This document shows, piece by piece, positions 19,955 through 30,003 of a stretch of 64,000 bases of DNA. This stretch comes from a virus (lineage: Duplodnaviria > Caudoviricetes). Both the position numbers and the translations under genes were made by a program. The first letter of the stretch is position 1. The number at the start of each line of letters is the position of its first letter. The notes beneath the pieces were generated by a model. That model was not told the origin of the DNA and did no database searches. It worked only from the letters and a program-made list of their open reading frames with translations. The stretch lies in IMG/VR virus record IMGVR_UViG_3300028886_000045, one strand, 5' to 3'.

Positions 19955-21508
19955 TTAACTCAATCTACTGTTTATGTCATTTATAGCAGTAGCAGAAACC
20001 TTTTCGTTATCTTCCACCGTCTTCTGAACATCGCCCAAAGCCGTTGCAGTTACCAACTCATTGTTTTCTATGTTCTTTTGAACATCGCCCAAAGCCGTAG
20101 CAGTTACCAATTCGTTATTCTCGATTTCCTTTCTGACATTGCCAAAGGCTGTTGCGACCACCTTTTCGCTATCTTCAATTTCCTTACGCATATTACCGAA
20201 AGCAGTAGCCACTACTAACTCGTTATTCTCAATATCCTTTCCGATATTACCTATTGCCGTAGCAGTTACCAACTCGTCTTCTTCAATATCCTTACGGATG
20301 TTACCCAAAGCCGTTGCAACTACCAACTCATTGCTTTCGATTTCCTTACGCATATTGCCGAATGCAGTTGCTACAACCAACTCGTTTCTTTCGATTTCTT
20401 TTCGTAGGTTGTTGATAGCCGTAGCAGTAACGATTTCATTTTGCTCCATGTTGTTCCTAAGTGTTGCCACCGTCTGAGCCAATTCATTGATAATCGTTGC
20501 CAAATGCTTTACGTTCTGACTACTTACGTTTGTACCATCATAGCCACCCAAACCTAAAATGTAGGCATAGCCTTCAGTTGTGACCTCAACAGCATTCTTT
20601 CTGTTATTTTCGGTTGTACCTATACCAACAGAAAACAAGGTCTTGTTTTGAACGGAAACATTGTACTTACCACAGGCGTGCTCTGCATTATTCGTAGTAT
20701 ATGTGTACAAACCTTCAGCGTGCGAATACTGACCTGACGCATGAGTTCGGAAACCTTCTGTATGGGAACAATTACCATAAGCACAAAGACTAACGTAAAC
20801 CGTACCGCCCACTTCTAAACTTTCATCTATGCCTTCACTAAGTAACAGCCTATAATCACCCTCGTTTTCTTGGAAAACACATTGTAATACTTCAACAACG
20901 GTGTTATCGGTCTTGTAAACAAGACTTCGCGCAAGTATTGGGCTGTTCACATAAATTACTGTCCCCCCCTCTGTATAAGCGCGTGTTGCTTGGATTTCAT
21001 ATTCCAAATTTCCACCTTCTGCGTGCGAATTTGTTCCATAACTCACCGTGCCTTGCCCCTCTGTATGTGAAATTTCTCCATATGCTATCGTACCGCCACC
21101 TTCTGCGTGGCTTTGTTCGCCATATGCTGTATTTCCCACACCCTCCACATGGGTACAATCGCCTAATGCTAAATTCCTTTGACCTTGTGCCAACGAATTT
21201 AACCCCGATGCTGTATTTGTCGCATTTCTACCCTTTGCAAAGAAAGCGAATCCGTTGTTTTCACTAACTTCTATCGGTTTGTTTCCCAATTCGTTGTATT
21301 CCGTAATCCCATAAAGGTGACCGTGCGTCCAAATCTGCCCCGTGCTCTTAATGAATACGACTTGTTGGTAAAGCACATCAGGCGTACCATTCGTGACTTC
21401 ACCGCTAAGTCCCAAAGTGTACGAGGTATTGCTGTCATTGGCAGACATTTTCTTGTTTGCCAACGTAGCAATATCCGCAACGTGTATCTTCTTTTTTATT
21501 CTTGACAT
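19955..21508 (-). CDS. Fibre/adhesin with YadA-head-like SHAEG repeats and C-terminal 18-aa coiled-coil repeats
   Basis: 14-aa A.G..SH[AT]EG repeats, LFSVGIG...RKNAVEV neck, about 9 NELVVATA.GN.RK.IE repeats. Confidence 0.8.
   Translation of the reverse strand: MSRIKKKIHVADIATLANKKMSANDSNTSYTLGLSGEVTNGTPDVLYQQVVFIKSTGQIWTHGHLYGITEYNELGNKPIEVSENNGFAFFAKGRNATNTASGLNSLAQGQRNLALGDCTHVEGVGNTAYGEQSHAEGGGTIAYGEISHTEGQGTVSYGTNSHAEGGNLEYEIQATRAYTEGGTVIYVNSPILARSLVYKTDNTVVEVLQCVFQENEGDYRLLLSEGIDESLEVGGTVYVSLCAYGNCSHTEGFRTHASGQYSHAEGLYTYTTNNAEHACGKYNVSVQNKTLFSVGIGTTENNRKNAVEVTTEGYAYILGLGGYDGTNVSSQNVKHLATIINELAQTVATLRNNMEQNEIVTATAINNLRKEIERNELVVATAFGNMRKEIESNELVVATALGNIRKDIEEDELVTATAIGNIGKDIENNELVVATAFGNMRKEIEDSEKVVATAFGNVRKEIENNELVTATALGDVQKNIENNELVTATALGDVQKTVEDNEKVSATAINDINSRLS
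19975..20450 (-). repeat. 54-bp coding tandem repeat (about 9 degenerate units)
   Basis: Repeated gcagttaccaactc / ccaaagccgt units encoding the 18-aa repeat. Confidence 0.85.
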
Positions 21509-21620
21509 AATTTACCTTGTGATTTTATTTCGGCAAAGATAAGCAAAATTTCCTACTTTGTTCTCGTTTCACAATTCCTTTTTGCTCATTTTGCCCATAA
21601 TGAACTTTATTGATTATTCC

Positions 21621-23045
21621 TTACCATTCCACCCAATCCTCTATATCCGTTATCCTATCTTCGTGCTCCTTTAGTGCCATTGCAACCACCTTTTCGGTTG
21701 TTTCAAGTTCTGCCCTAATATCTGCCCCCAAATCGGAAATCTTCGTTGAGAAATAGTTATAGACATCTGACGCAATAGCGAGACCACTTGTAGGATAGTC
21801 GTTTTCTTGGTCTGCCATTGTTGCGGTGGTTACGGTAACGTAAATTTCGGGGAAATCATAACTGCCGTTTATCGCTACTTCAACATACATCGGTTCGTCT
21901 TCGTCATGCGTATCGTAACTATCTACATATAAAGAATTACCCCCTAACAAGAACGAATCCTCCCTATATATATGTTCCCCCTCTACTTCTTCGTACTCAC
22001 CCGTTTCTTCATTATAGACTTCTTCATATGTTGCGCCTTCGTCTATAACAATCGGATTCATTACAAGTTGGGTGGCTACATCATTTCGCAAGTCACCATC
22101 GTAATTGTAATCAATCGTAACATCAGCGAATACAAGTTGCTGAAGGGAACTTTCTGCCTTACCCTTTGCGACATCAATATAAGCCTTTACACCCTCGACC
22201 GTAGCGATACCATTGTTAGCAACCACTTGTGCGCCACTTGCAAACGTGCCGTACACCACGGTTACGCTTTCATTCCTTATCAAGCCGTTTGTTTGGCTGA
22301 GTGTCGTGGTTACATATCCGCTTGCATCCGTAGCAACCGCGTTTGCATTGTTTGATGCAAGGTCAAGTGCGTTTACCTTATCGTCTGCATAACTTTGCGC
22401 GTCTGCCTTTGCCTTTGCGACTGAGCCGTTTGTGTTGGCATCGGCTACAAGTGTAGCAATTTGCGTCTGCATTTTCGCTGCACCCGTAACATCGCTTTTA
22501 ATCCAATCAGCAACCTCTTTTAGCGTATCAAAATCTGCATCGGCATTTGCAACAACCCTTGCAACCGCCTCCACAATTCCGTCCTCAATAGCCTTGTAAA
22601 GACCCGTAGCCGAAACCGCGTTTGAAGGCTCGCCTTGCCCTGCCGTGTTCGCCTTTGCCTTTTGTCCAATCTCCGTCTTTATATCATTGATACTTTTCTG
22701 CACCTTACCAAAGGCGGTTTTTATATCGTCTGACGCGGAAATTGGCGCGTTCTCTTGTGCCACACTATAACCACTTAGGATTTGGCTTGCAACATCAAAG
22801 TTGATTTTCCAAGTTTCCAACGCGCTAATTCGTGACGCATCGGCACTTGAAAGACCATAAGCCTTCCCCCTATTGTATATTTCATTCGTGGCTTCGCGGA
22901 ATATAATGGTCTTGTACCATTTGCCGTTAGCCGTGCTTGCTTGTGTAACGATATACGCCCACTTCTCGGCTTCTGTGGCATAAGCCGTACCGTCCAACGT
23001 ACCACCGCTATTTGAAGCATAAATAAACTTTCTGTAATTTGCCAT
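21621..23045 (-). CDS. Putative fibre/structural protein
   Basis: Ala-rich; DFDTLKEVADWI and ISASDDIKTAFGKVQ fibre-type motifs; terminal motifs shared with 19955-21508. Confidence 0.7.
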   Translation of the reverse strand: MANYRKFIYASNSGGTLDGTAYATEAEKWAYIVTQASTANGKWYKTIIFREATNEIYNRGKAYGLSSADASRISALETWKINFDVASQILSGYSVAQENAPISASDDIKTAFGKVQKSINDIKTEIGQKAKANTAGQGEPSNAVSATGLYKAIEDGIVEAVARVVANADADFDTLKEVADWIKSDVTGAAKMQTQIATLVADANTNGSVAKAKADAQSYADDKVNALDLASNNANAVATDASGYVTTTLSQTNGLIRNESVTVVYGTFASGAQVVANNGIATVEGVKAYIDVAKGKAESSLQQLVFADVTIDYNYDGDLRNDVATQLVMNPIVIDEGATYEEVYNEETGEYEEVEGEHIYREDSFLLGGNSLYVDSYDTHDEDEPMYVEVAINGSYDFPEIYVTVTTATMADQENDYPTSGLAIASDVYNYFSTKISDLGADIRAELETTEKVVAMALKEHEDRITDIEDWVEW

Positions 23046-23174
23046 ATGACTTATTTTTGCTTAAACAATAAATTACTTCTGATTTGCAAAGTTAAGCCAT
23101 ATTACGCACTTACACAAATAAATACATACGGATTACTTCACTTTGTTTCTAATGATAACTTAGGAATATACGCA

Positions 23175-23210
23175 TAAAAAAAACACCCATATCTTCACAG
23201 ACGGAGGTGT
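23175..23210 (-). terminator. Intrinsic terminator downstream of the tRNA cluster
   Basis: acacc...tcttcacagac...ggtgt hairpin with A-run. Confidence 0.6.
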
Positions 23211-23264
23211 ATGTTAAACCTGTTAAACTAATTATAATGCTGAAATATTCTTGCTCTGATATTG

Positions 23265-23335
23265 TTGTCCCAAAAGGACTCGAACCTTTTCAAACAGAAC
23301 CAAAACCTGTTGTGCTACCATTACACCATAGGACA
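23265..23335 (-). tRNA. tRNA-Gln(TTG)
   Basis: TGTCCTA/TGGGACA acceptor, ACAGG-TTTTGGT-TCTGT anticodon arm, GGTTCGAGTCC T arm; no encoded CCA. Confidence 0.92.
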
Positions 23336-23340
23336 TTATT

Positions 23341-23455
23341 TTTCACAAAGGTTAGCGCACCCAAAGGCTTGGGGAAAACCGCCTTGGTGGGATTGGGTGG
23401 GATAGCGCAAGGCAGAGACAAACCATTGCCGAAGGTAGCGCATAACCTTGTGAAA
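23341..23455. ncRNA. Candidate structured RNA between tRNAs
   Basis: Long closing helix tttcacaaaggttagcgc / gcgcataaccttgtgaaa enclosing two hairpins. Confidence 0.5.
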
Positions 23456-23631
23456 TTGGGGATGCCTCCACTATTAGGTTTCGGCTTTTTGGCTGTAATT
23501 CGCACCCCCTTTCCGTGCGAAGGTTTTATAGTCTTTTACCTTGACCAACTCGCGATTTTTAAGTCTTATCTGACCTTGAACACCGCCAACCATCCGAAGG
23601 GAAATCCGAAAGATAATCGGCTATCGTGTTG

Positions 23632-23712
23632 TACCCAAAAAGGGACTCGAACCCTTACGCTTTTCAGCATCGGTGTTTGAGACCGACTCGGCTACCATTA
23701 CGACATTTGGGT
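23632..23712 (-). tRNA. tRNA-Leu(CAA)
   Basis: ACCCAAA/TTTGGGT acceptor, TCGGT-CTCAAAC-ACCGA, long variable arm, GGTTCGAGTCC. Confidence 0.9.
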
Positions 23713-23719
23713 ATATTAT

Positions 23720-23806
23720 AAAGGGGGTGAAGGCTTACAAGGCTATACACAGACTATCGCACGTTGTCTGTCGTATAATGGGACTACCTTTGCTCCATCC
23801 CCTTTG
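23720..23806. ncRNA. Candidate rod-shaped RNA with central bubble
   Basis: aaagggggtgaag/ctccatccccttt outer stem and tatacacagac/gtctgtcgtata inner stem. Confidence 0.45.
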
Positions 23807-23915
23807 TGTATGTGATAAGAAGGGCGATGTACGATACCCCTCGAACCACTTTTGTAAGATAGGAGGGGGTCGTTTGAATACCCCCTACAAACCTTTATCG
23901 TGAAAACCGCATTTC

Positions 23916-24230
23916 TTAGAAACAGCGGTTTATCTTGTTTCTTACTTCTTTGCCGTAGTTCTTTTCAACGAAATCCTCTAAATCGTATATTAACTTTAGG
24001 CGTATTGACATCAACTCTGTTGTAATGCTACCAAGGTAAAGATGGATAGACTCGATGCCTTCAAGTGCCTTCTGCCATTCAGCAAGCATCCACTTTTCCT
24101 CTTCTGTTTCTGCATTCTTCTTGAAGAAAGACACCAATGTAACGACTGCCAAAGTAATGTTGTTGTCCTCTTTTAGGTCGTTAGCCTTCTTGACTGCCTT
24201 ATTGAATGAACTTAAAACCAAATTCTTCAT
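23916..24230 (-). CDS. Hypothetical protein
   Basis: 104 aa; ATG 9 nt after the leader. Confidence 0.75.
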   Translation of the reverse strand: MKNLVLSSFNKAVKKANDLKEDNNITLAVVTLVSFFKKNAETEEEKWMLAEWQKALEGIESIHLYLGSITTELMSIRLKLIYDLEDFVEKNYGKEVRNKINRCF

Positions 24231-24239
24231 AATTCTTGT

Positions 24240-24265
24240 GACCTTGTTATTCTCTCGGTCGTGAG
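24240..24265 (-). promoter_or_regulatory. Leader pseudoknot copy 6
   Basis: CUC AC GACC GA GAG AAUAACAA GGUC. Confidence 0.85.
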
Positions 24266-24371
24266 TTTTAGATTCGTTGTTTCTTTCTTATTACAATGCA
24301 AAGGTACAACAATTATTTGATATATGCAAATTTTTTACCAACTTTTTTCAATATTTTTTCATTTTTCTTGA

Positions 24372-24395
24372 TTTTGCCATCCCTACATGGCAAAA
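24372..24395. promoter_or_regulatory. 24-bp palindromic upstream site
   Basis: ttttgccat ccctac atggcaaaa (perfect arms), 47 bp from the -33 box. Confidence 0.75.
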
Positions 24396-24959
24396 ATGCT
24401 ACATATATATCACTTTGTTGTACTTCTGTGCACACTTCGCTTGTACGTTATTGCAATGCTGAAACGTATTATATAAGGTGTAACTATCATGTGTAGCCTC
24501 AACGAATGCACAAACCTCCCTTAAAGAATGCGTCTGAAACACCGTTTTGAATATGCTTTGCACTTGATACAAGTTACCAATGTGTCTTAACTTCAACCCC
24601 TTTTTCCTAAGTAGGGAATATAATCTTTCCTTATCCATTCTTCTTTTTCTTTCGTTGTTCTATATCGTTTTCAAAGACGCGAACAAAATCCCCATAAGGA
24701 TGATTTGTGTTTCCTGTCCAATAACGCCTCCAAGTGCGTTGATATGCCTTGCGTAACTTTTCATCCGTAGCGTGTTGGTAACAATGCTCACAGACACAGA
24801 AACACCCCTCGTACCTATCCAACTGCACCGTATGGTTTTCTGCGTATTTCCAAGGCAATCCACAGATTTCGCAATAACTCCACGATGGGTTTAGTATTCT
24901 AAGCACCAAGGGAACACCCCAAATCCTTTTTAGCCTTTCTTTGCTTATTTTCATTCGAT

Positions 24960-25355
24960 TTAATCTTTACAATGTCCTAACACTTCCACCTTAATATCCC
25001 AATTCTCCGTGTTTAGTTTTGGTACATCACAGAAAAAATAAGTCTGCTTTCCCCTTGTACCATCCTTCTTCATCTTCCACATATACGGATAGAAATTTTC
25101 ATCTTGGATTTCTATTCTTTCGTATATACCGATTACTTCCTCTTTTATGTCCTTTGAGATATGATGCGTGATAAATCTTACTATGTCACCTTTCCTTATA
25201 CCCAACTCCTTTTCAATCAAGGGGAATGTTATCTCCTTTAGGAATGCTTTCGCTTCCCTTTCTGCTTTTCGCGCTTCTTTTTCAAGTTCACGCGCCCTTT
25301 CGTGCCATTTGCGATAAGCATTATAGCCTTTATAGTTTTCTATATCCAACTTCAT
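24960..25355 (-). CDS. Paralog family C hypothetical protein
   Basis: LGIRKGDIV...KMKKDG...KVEVLGH. Confidence 0.75.
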   Translation of the reverse strand: MKLDIENYKGYNAYRKWHERARELEKEARKAEREAKAFLKEITFPLIEKELGIRKGDIVRFITHHISKDIKEEVIGIYERIEIQDENFYPYMWKMKKDGTRGKQTYFFCDVPKLNTENWDIKVEVLGHCKD

Positions 25356-25357
25356 TT

Positions 25358-25432
25358 CCTACTTGCTTTTAATATTCGTGTTCAGTTTTACCCCCAACAC
25401 TTCCACCTTGAAATCATCTGCATTAAGATACA
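25358..25432 (-). pseudogene. Orphan 3' fragment of a family C paralog
   Basis: Reads LYLNADDFKVEVLGVKLNTNIKSK* with no start; compare PFLNSDDFKVEVLGH in 25873-26310. Confidence 0.65.
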
Positions 25433-25452
25433 ACTAAAGGGGATAACCCCCT

Positions 25453-25863
25453 TTAGTCTTCTATGTGTCCTAAGATTTCCACCTCATAGTCGTAATCCAT
25501 TTGGTTGTATGGATTGATGCAAGGCGTTTTCCACATTGACTCGTATATCTTACCCTTACTACCGTCTTTCTTCAACTTGAAAAGGCGTGGGTAAATAGTG
25601 CCGTATTCGATTTCCATCTTATCATAAACGCCTTCGACTTGATTAATTAGACTATTCTTGCTTTTGCCGTTCTTTGAAGAAATGCGGATAATATCACCCT
25701 TCTTGATACCTAACACGCTTTCCAACTTTGGGAAAAGCACATTTTCATAGAGGCTATTTTTCTCCTCGTTAAGCCTTTTAATCTTTTCCTTGTGGGCTTC
25801 GATTACCTCTATACACTCGTTGATTCGCTCGTATTCAGCGTATTCTTTATAAGGTATTTTCAT
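25453..25863 (-). CDS. Paralog family C hypothetical protein
   Basis: LGIKKGDII...KLKKDG...EVEILGH. Confidence 0.75.
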   Translation of the reverse strand: MKIPYKEYAEYERINECIEVIEAHKEKIKRLNEEKNSLYENVLFPKLESVLGIKKGDIIRISSKNGKSKNSLINQVEGVYDKMEIEYGTIYPRLFKLKKDGSKGKIYESMWKTPCINPYNQMDYDYEVEILGHIED

Positions 25864-25872
25864 AACTTGTAT

Positions 25873-26310
25873 TTATTTAGAATTATAATGTTTATCAAAT
25901 TCTTTCATATGTCCTAACACTTCCACTTTGAAATCGTCAGAATTAAGAAATGGCAAATGCCATTGTGCAAAACTTTTTTTCAGTACCTCGCCCTTGTTTC
26001 CTATCGGATGGACGGTAGGGCAATACACCTTATAGAATCTATCATAGAAAACAGAAATGAACACGCCTTTTTTTTCTATCATTTGCCCATCTCTTCTAAC
26101 AAAAGAAAATTTCACTATATCACCTACTTTTAGGTTTAGTTTCGTTTCGATTTCATCTGCTATCACCTCGGCTTTGATTCTTTCTGCTTCTATTAGCCTT
26201 TCTTCTGCCTTTCTTCGCATTTCCATCGCTTGCTCTTGCAGTCTTTCGGCTTCTTTTTCCGTGTCACAAAGTGTTTTGTAACCCTTCAATTCTTGCACAT
26301 TTATCTTCAT
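25873..26310 (-). CDS. Paralog family C hypothetical protein
   Basis: LNLKVGDIV...KVEVLGH. Confidence 0.75.
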   Translation of the reverse strand: MKINVQELKGYKTLCDTEKEAERLQEQAMEMRRKAEERLIEAERIKAEVIADEIETKLNLKVGDIVKFSFVRRDGQMIEKKGVFISVFYDRFYKVYCPTVHPIGNKGEVLKKSFAQWHLPFLNSDDFKVEVLGHMKEFDKHYNSK

Positions 26311-26705
26311 AGTGTTTACGTTTTTGTCAATTACACTAAACTACACTTAAAAGGTTTGTTCTATGTGGGGATTTTACTCCCCACGCATTGTTTCAAAGAA
26401 CTTTTCAAATTCTTCTATATCGTAATGCTTTACGCACCTTAAAGTCCCCCTATCCAACTCGTCCATCATTTCAGACAATTCAAAAGAAGAAACCTCGATT
26501 TCCTTTAGCCTTACTTCGTTTGTTACATCCCATGAACCATCGAAATAAAAGATTGACTTTGCACTCTTTTCGCTTGTAGCAAGGTATTCTAAGGCAAATC
26601 TGCGCCTATGTACTGCCTCCTTTCTAAGTCTGTCATATACCGTGACCCAACTCTTCAAGTAAACCGCCCATACCTTGAATTTCTTTTCCTTTACCATAAT
26701 ACTAT

Positions 26706-26731
26706 GACCTTTTTATTCACTTGGTCGTGTG
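26706..26731 (-). promoter_or_regulatory. Leader pseudoknot copy 7
   Basis: CAC AC GACC AA GUG AAUAAAAA GGUC; 8 nt to ATG 26697. Confidence 0.85.
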
Positions 26732-26811
26732 TTCTAAAGTTTGTTTATTCTCTTAATTACAATGCAAAGGTACGAATATTTCTTGAAACTACCAAATATT
26801 TTAACACTTTT

Positions 26812-27633
26812 TTAGAATAAACTTAATTGTGTGTACTTTGGAGTTTTCTTCTCCTTTGGTACAGAAGGCTTCTTTGCTTCTGCCTTTGACTTGCTTTCTG
26901 CCTTTTCCTTTTCTGCAATCGCCTTTTTCTGATTCCAAATACGACAAGTCAGAAACGTATTAGGCTCGCCACATTTGCGTATGCTTGGAACATTCGTAGG
27001 GAATGGGTACATTGTTTCGTTTATGATATAGCCTAATCGCATATCGTTTGGCTCTATAAGCGTATCATGGCACACCACCTCGCCAAACCATCCATGCACG
27101 GCTATATTGATTGCAGTCATTTTGCAACACATAGCATCCAAGTCCTCACCTACAATATAGGGTTTCCGTTCTGTGAACTTCGCCACCCTTGACGCACCTG
27201 CCAACAGACACCGTCCGCTACCACACGCACAATCATTTATTGTTACACGCTCACCGAACTTTGTACGCACACCCTTATCCTTTACGCTTTCTGCGTCAAT
27301 CGTCATTTCTGCCATCATTTCACAGATATTGCTTGGCGTGAAGAACTGTCCCTTTCCGTCACCGCTTGTTATAAGCGACATATACAAGTCCCCCCACAAA
27401 TCGCACCAATCATGGCTTTTTATTTCTTCTGATAGTTCGGTAAAGTACTCCGCCATCATTTCGTGGAACTTTGCGTTATCTTCTTTCGTGTACTGCCATC
27501 CATCTATCTTTCCCCCCATTGGGTCGAAGAAACCGATTATGTACGAAAGTAAGTCATCAAGCACGGTGAGTTTGCTTCTGCCCTTGCTATGTGCGAAATT
27601 GTCTATTAGAATTTTAAGTTTTTGCTGTGCCAT
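26812..27633 (-). CDS. N-6 DNA methylase-like SAM-binding protein
   Basis: GQFFTP and INDCACGSG motifs, GEDLD, AINIAVHG; no NPP(Y/F) motif seen; start MAQQK at 27633. Confidence 0.8.
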   Translation of the reverse strand: MAQQKLKILIDNFAHSKGRSKLTVLDDLLSYIIGFFDPMGGKIDGWQYTKEDNAKFHEMMAEYFTELSEEIKSHDWCDLWGDLYMSLITSGDGKGQFFTPSNICEMMAEMTIDAESVKDKGVRTKFGERVTINDCACGSGRCLLAGASRVAKFTERKPYIVGEDLDAMCCKMTAINIAVHGWFGEVVCHDTLIEPNDMRLGYIINETMYPFPTNVPSIRKCGEPNTFLTCRIWNQKKAIAEKEKAESKSKAEAKKPSVPKEKKTPKYTQLSLF

Positions 27634-27857
27634 TTTATATTTGTTGTCTGTTGTTTTCAAAACTATCACAACTACCCCATAAATCCGTAGGGGTGTTGCT
27701 TTTCGCACACAAACCTATGGATTTTACACGATGTTGGCAGTTATAACATATATCCGCTTTCATGTATTTACATTTCGTGGAATCCATGCTTTTGTAGCAT
27801 CTTTCACACGATATGTTTTTCACTATGCCGTAATGTCTGCAAAATATCATTCAGTTT

Positions 27858-28454
27858 TCATTTTAACAACGATGTTTCAACTTGGTACTCTGCCAACTTC
27901 TTCTTCATTCCCCATATACGCATACCAAGCAAACGTAGGATTTTCAATTCTTCTTCTGTGCTTACCTTGTAGTCGTTCATCTTCTGTGCAACTACATTCA
28001 TACAACACACCCCCACGCGCTTAGTAATCATCTTTGTTTCTTCTGTGCTTGCATATATGATAAGTCCGCATCTGTGTGGGTTGTTGTCTGTGTACCCCTC
28101 GACCTCCGAATGCGAATACATAACATGGGAACGACAATCATATCTGCCTTTATACAGAAAGTTAAACACACGCTCGCCTATCGAATAAGGCACGGCATAG
28201 TACAAATATCCTAACTTTGGGTCATTATGCGTGTGTGCTTTCTTAAAGTCTGCCAAAAAGTCCGACCAAGAGCGTTTTATCTCAACCTCAATAAGCCGTT
28301 TCGCCTTTGTCAGTACGAGCAAATCGGCTTCGTGATTCAAGAAACCCCAATTACAATTTGGTACGACTATGTTTCTGCCAATATAGTAAGGCGAATCGTT
28401 GTACCCCGTTATGATAGTTTCTATTTGTGCAAGCGTTAATGCAGTTTCCTTCAT
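27858..28454 (-). CDS. PD-(D/E)xK nuclease-like (MmcB-like) protein
   Basis: EADLLVL...IEVEIKRSWSDFLADFKK...LYYAVP. Confidence 0.7.
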   Translation of the reverse strand: MKETALTLAQIETIITGYNDSPYYIGRNIVVPNCNWGFLNHEADLLVLTKAKRLIEVEIKRSWSDFLADFKKAHTHNDPKLGYLYYAVPYSIGERVFNFLYKGRYDCRSHVMYSHSEVEGYTDNNPHRCGLIIYASTEETKMITKRVGVCCMNVVAQKMNDYKVSTEEELKILRLLGMRIWGMKKKLAEYQVETSLLK

Positions 28455-28864
28455 CTTTCCTCTGTTTTGAAATTGTCTGCCAAATCATTCAATCTGCACA
28501 ATCTCAAAGCGTGTTGCAGTTCGTGAACGTATCTGATAGTTAAATGATATATGCAACATTGTAATGTGTAACCCTCAGAGGTAAACACACCGCCATTTTC
28601 CAACTTGAAATCATAATGATGTGGCTTATCGTCTATCCTATGATAAAGAAAACCATTACGCAATTCAAACCCATTCCTTTCAAGGATTTCGAGGGTTAGT
28701 GTGATAGGCTCAACATCATCAACGGCAATATTCTTTTCGCTACAATAGCCATCGGGTTCGTTGTTAATGACATTTCTATCGCCATCAATCTCGAATACCC
28801 CAACTATCTCATTGGTTCGCTTTAAGCGTACATAATCCCCTATTTGTAATTCTGAACATTTCAT
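28451..28864 (-). CDS. Paralog family A hypothetical protein
   Basis: ELQIGDYV...PITLTLEILERNGF...YVHELQHALRLC.L.DLADNFK. Confidence 0.8.
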   Translation of the reverse strand: MKCSELQIGDYVRLKRTNEIVGVFEIDGDRNVINNEPDGYCSEKNIAVDDVEPITLTLEILERNGFELRNGFLYHRIDDKPHHYDFKLENGGVFTSEGYTLQCCIYHLTIRYVHELQHALRLCRLNDLADNFKTEER

Positions 28865-29559
28865 ATTAAATTTCTTTTTTTAGATTTATGGTGAATATCC
28901 CAAATAGCCCTTTGCTATCAGCAACCATTTTCAGCAATCTACCCCAAACATCATTAGGGAATATATCTTTTCTGTGCTCATAAAGATATATCATTTCTTT
29001 TTTGCCTATCTTGCTTTTTAGCCTAACATTCTTTCTGCCTTTTTTTATTTGGCTAAAATATTTGTTTGCTATTCTTTTTTTCATGATTCTGCCCTTTATG
29101 TTTTGTTATCTGTTGCACTTTCAGCCTTGCCCCATATCCATATCTTACGAAACAGACATAGGGAAAAAGGCTAAATATCACGCTTCGAGTTTTTCACCCA
29201 TTAGCAACTCCCAACAATCCTTGAAGCCATCAATATAGCATTGTGCCATAGCACGCGCCATTGATTCAGCCTTTGGCGTAACATTCTTAATGCCCCCTTG
29301 TAGGATATTTGCGACACGCGCCCTTGCAGTTTCTTTGTCTAACATAGCCACTAAGTTTATAACATACCCTCCAAGTCATCCCATGCTATTGAGCGACCTT
29401 TCCTTATGCGTGTTTCCACATACTTCCTTACCTTTCTTGGTAGTGTTGCTAACTCATCACCGTTGGTTATCACTTTTCCCTCACCATCAGTCTTGTAAGG
29501 CTGTTTCTTCCACGCTTCCATTTGCTTTGTAAAATTATCCATAATTTCCCTATTTGGGT

Positions 29560-30003
29560 TTATTTGACAACTTCCACCTTAACCCTACGCATCCAAGCCT
29601 CGACCTCTTCCCTATCGAAATAGATAAATTTGCCCATTGGCTTGTAGTGCGGTATTCGTCTTTCGTAAGTAAGTTTATAAAGATACGCCTTACTCATACC
29701 CAATAGCAAAGCCGTTTCATCCAAGGTAATCATTTTCTTGCTATAAATCACCTTTAGACGCTCTGCCTCGGACACATTAGCGGTATCTTCACTTTCCCCT
29801 TGTAAGATTTCCTTTTTGCGGTTTTCCGTGTCTTGGTCTTTATCCACAAACTCGGACATATCCACACACTCCTTTTCGTTTCCGCAAATGTGAATCCCAC
29901 TCGTATTTTTTACACAGAATGCACAATTAAGGCAAACGCTTCTTGGCACTACAATTTCTTTCATATTCTTATCTTTAATCATTCTCGGAATAATCCGATA
30001 CAT
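29560..30003 (-). CDS. Excisionase-type HTH DNA-binding protein
   Basis: ITLDETALLLGMSKAYLYKLT...IPHYKP.GK..YFDREEVEAW. Confidence 0.85.
   Translation of the reverse strand: MYRIIPRMIKDKNMKEIVVPRSVCLNCAFCVKNTSGIHICGNEKECVDMSEFVDKDQDTENRKKEILQGESEDTANVSEAERLKVIYSKKMITLDETALLLGMSKAYLYKLTYERRIPHYKPMGKFIYFDREEVEAWMRRVKVEVVK

Noticed and set aside
23290-23505. 71-aa minus-strand ORF
   Set aside because: Overlaps tRNA-Gln and structured RNA; probably spurious
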